A DNA stretch of 64,000 nucleotides from NCBI GenBank assembly GCA_963667015.2, contig CAXXJJ010000004.1:3744001-3808000 (forward strand), in the 5' to 3' direction. Numbering within the stretch: the first letter of the stretch is position 1; every line of letters begins with the position of its first letter. This DNA is from Desulfatiglandales bacterium. GTDB lineage: Bacteria > Desulfobacterota > DSM-4660 > Desulfatiglandales > HGW-15. Position numbers and translations under genes: made by a program. A model generated the notes under the pieces. The model saw only the letters and a list, made by a program, of their open reading frames with translations, was not told the DNA's origin and ran no database searches. This document shows, piece by piece, positions 62,402-64,000 of the stretch.

Positions 62402-64000
62402 ATGATGAATACAAAACCTGGTAATAAGTGCAAACTGGAAGATCTCATTGACATCAAACACTTCCAAAACCTTTTAGACAAACTAAACGTAATATATCCC
62501 TTTCCATCAGCAATCCTTGATAACGACGGCAATATCCTTACAGCTACTGCCTGGCAGGATATCTGTACAAAATTTCACAGAAAAAATAAAGAATGCGAAC
62601 AGGCCTGCATTCAGAGTGATAAGTATATTTTCGATCACCTGGAGGAGGCAAATCCTGCTGTTAGATATCAATGCCCCCATGGCCTTTCTGATAATGCTAT
62701 CCCTATTATAATAGACGGGGTTCATTACGGAAATTTTTTTACCGGGCAGTTCTTTCTGGATGATCCTGACATGGACTTCTTCAGAAAACAGGCTAAAAAA
62801 TATGGCTTCCCGGAGGAGGCATATCTTGATGCTGTAAGTAAAGTACCAGTCTATTCAAAAGAGCAGCTTGATAACTGCCTTGATTTCTTTAATGAATTAA
62901 TTGCTGTTATCTCAGAAAGTGGTTTGAAAAACCTGGTGGAAGCAGAAGCCAGAAAGCAGATAGAGGAGAGCGAAAAACGCTACAGGTCCATTATCCAGAC
63001 TGCCATGAATGGTTTCTGGCTGGTGGATATGAATGGTAATTTTCTGGAAGTGAATGATGCCTACTGTAAGATGAGCGGTTACAGCCGTCAGGATCTAATT
63101 AAAATGGGCGTTCCGGAGATTGAGGCTATTGAGTCTCCGGATGAGATCACCAATACCATTCAACGTGTTATTAAAAAAGGTCAGGATCGTTTTGTGAGTA
63201 AACACAGGCGCAAGGATGGCAGCCTTTTTGAAGTGGAAGTAAGCATACAATATCAGCTGGAGAATGGGGGCGGCTTTGTTACCTTTCTACGGGATATAGA
63301 AGAGAGCAAAAAAGCTGAGGCATCTTTGCAAAAGGGTGAAAAACTTCATAAAACCATCCTTCAGACCACGATAGACGGTTACATGCAGATAGACAAATAT
63401 GGGTATCTGGTTGAGGTTAATGATGCCTACAGTAGAATGAGCGGTTACAGCCGCAATGAACTTTTAATGATGAACGCTGGAGAGCTGGAGGCTGTTGAGC
63501 CATCTCCGGAGCTCAGGGAAAAAATTGACGAGATAGTTGAGAAAAAAACACATAGATTTATCCGCCAGCACAGGAAAAAAGACGGGAGCCTTTTTGATGT
63601 TGAAATAAGCTCCCAGTATCTTCCGGAACTGGAAGGATTTGTATGCTTAATCAGAGATATAACCGAGAGAAAACGGCTGCAAGAATCCCTTTCTGCATCG
63701 CTTGAAAGACTTGGCCTGGCAACAAAAGTTGCCCAGCTGGGAATCTGGGACTGGGATCTAAAAAATGATAACCTGATCTGGGATGATGGCATGTATTCTC
63801 TTCACAGGATACAAAAGGAAGGGTTAGAGAACCTTAATGAGTCGTGGCATAAAAGCGTTCATCCCGATGATCGTGAACATATTGTTAATATTGTCGACAG
63901 GGCAAAGGAAAATGATCTGGAGTATGATACTGAATATCGCATCTTCTGGCCTGACAGGACCCTGCGATATATAAAGGCTGTTGGAAGGGTTATTATTGAT
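62402..64000 (+). CDS. PocR-domain, multi-PAS sensor protein; runs off the window end and is absent from the ORF track
   Basis: GGAGG SD; LEDLIDI...WQDICTKFHR...CPHGL...GNFFTGQF (PocR), then PAS repeats (EVNDAYCKMSGYSR, HRRKDGS, GIWDWD, VHPDD). Confidence 0.88.
   Translation, partial: MMNTKPGNKCKLEDLIDIKHFQNLLDKLNVIYPFPSAILDNDGNILTATAWQDICTKFHRKNKECEQACIQSDKYIFDHLEEANPAVRYQCPHGLSDNAIPIIIDGVHYGNFFTGQFFLDDPDMDFFRKQAKKYGFPEEAYLDAVSKVPVYSKEQLDNCLDFFNELIAVISESGLKNLVEAEARKQIEESEKRYRSIIQTAMNGFWLVDMNGNFLEVNDAYCKMSGYSRQDLIKMGVPEIEAIESPDEITNTIQRVIKKGQDRFVSKHRRKDGSLFEVEVSIQYQLENGGGFVTFLRDIEESKKAEASLQKGEKLHKTILQTTIDGYMQIDKYGYLVEVNDAYSRMSGYSRNELLMMNAGELEAVEPSPELREKIDEIVEKKTHRFIRQHRKKDGSLFDVEISSQYLPELEGFVCLIRDITERKRLQESLSASLERLGLATKVAQLGIWDWDLKNDNLIWDDGMYSLHRIQKEGLENLNESWHKSVHPDDREHIVNIVDRAKENDLEYDTEYRIFWPDRTLRYIKAVGRVIID

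Overview
A 64 kb chromosomal window of moderately low GC from an anaerobic bacterium. Gene content (2-oxoacid:ferredoxin oxidoreductase, Tat-linked aldehyde:ferredoxin oxidoreductase, MASE3/PocR/REC kinases, sigma54 regulator) suggests Desulfobacterota/Deltaproteobacteria; this is inference, and all family calls are by motif recognition without a database search. From left to right: (1) the end of a KamA-type radical SAM gene coupled to two non-canonical Ddl-like ATP-grasp ligases, a GNAT-deacetylase fusion and a GNAT (orphan beta-amino-acid/peptide-like pathway); (2) an AT-rich decayed islet (hicAB, pectinesterase-like fragment, DUF4238-like gene, frameshifted membrane protein); (3) a sugar ABC importer; (4) a DUF4266-like lipoprotein plus a TlpA-DUF3570-like fusion; (5) two tandem SLC12/CCC-type cation-chloride cotransporter homologues; (6) a redox/stress block (broken CoA-disulfide reductase-like gene, trxB and ldh skeletons, korAB-like genes, USP, PRC-barrel, several two-component genes, a shared upstream DNA motif); (7) a Tat-signal Fe-S subunit plus AOR-family enzyme; (8) GNATs and higBA; (9) a sigma54-driven export operon with one adaptor, one ATPase, four full and one remnant mosaic FtsX/MacB permeases and a DUF2807-like gene; (10) vapBC, an AAA-DUF4143 ATPase and the start of a PocR/PAS sensor. 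Many intergenic spaces hold nested short palindromic elements with 6-, 7- and 9-bp periodicity. No rRNA, tRNA, CRISPR array or intact transposase was seen.
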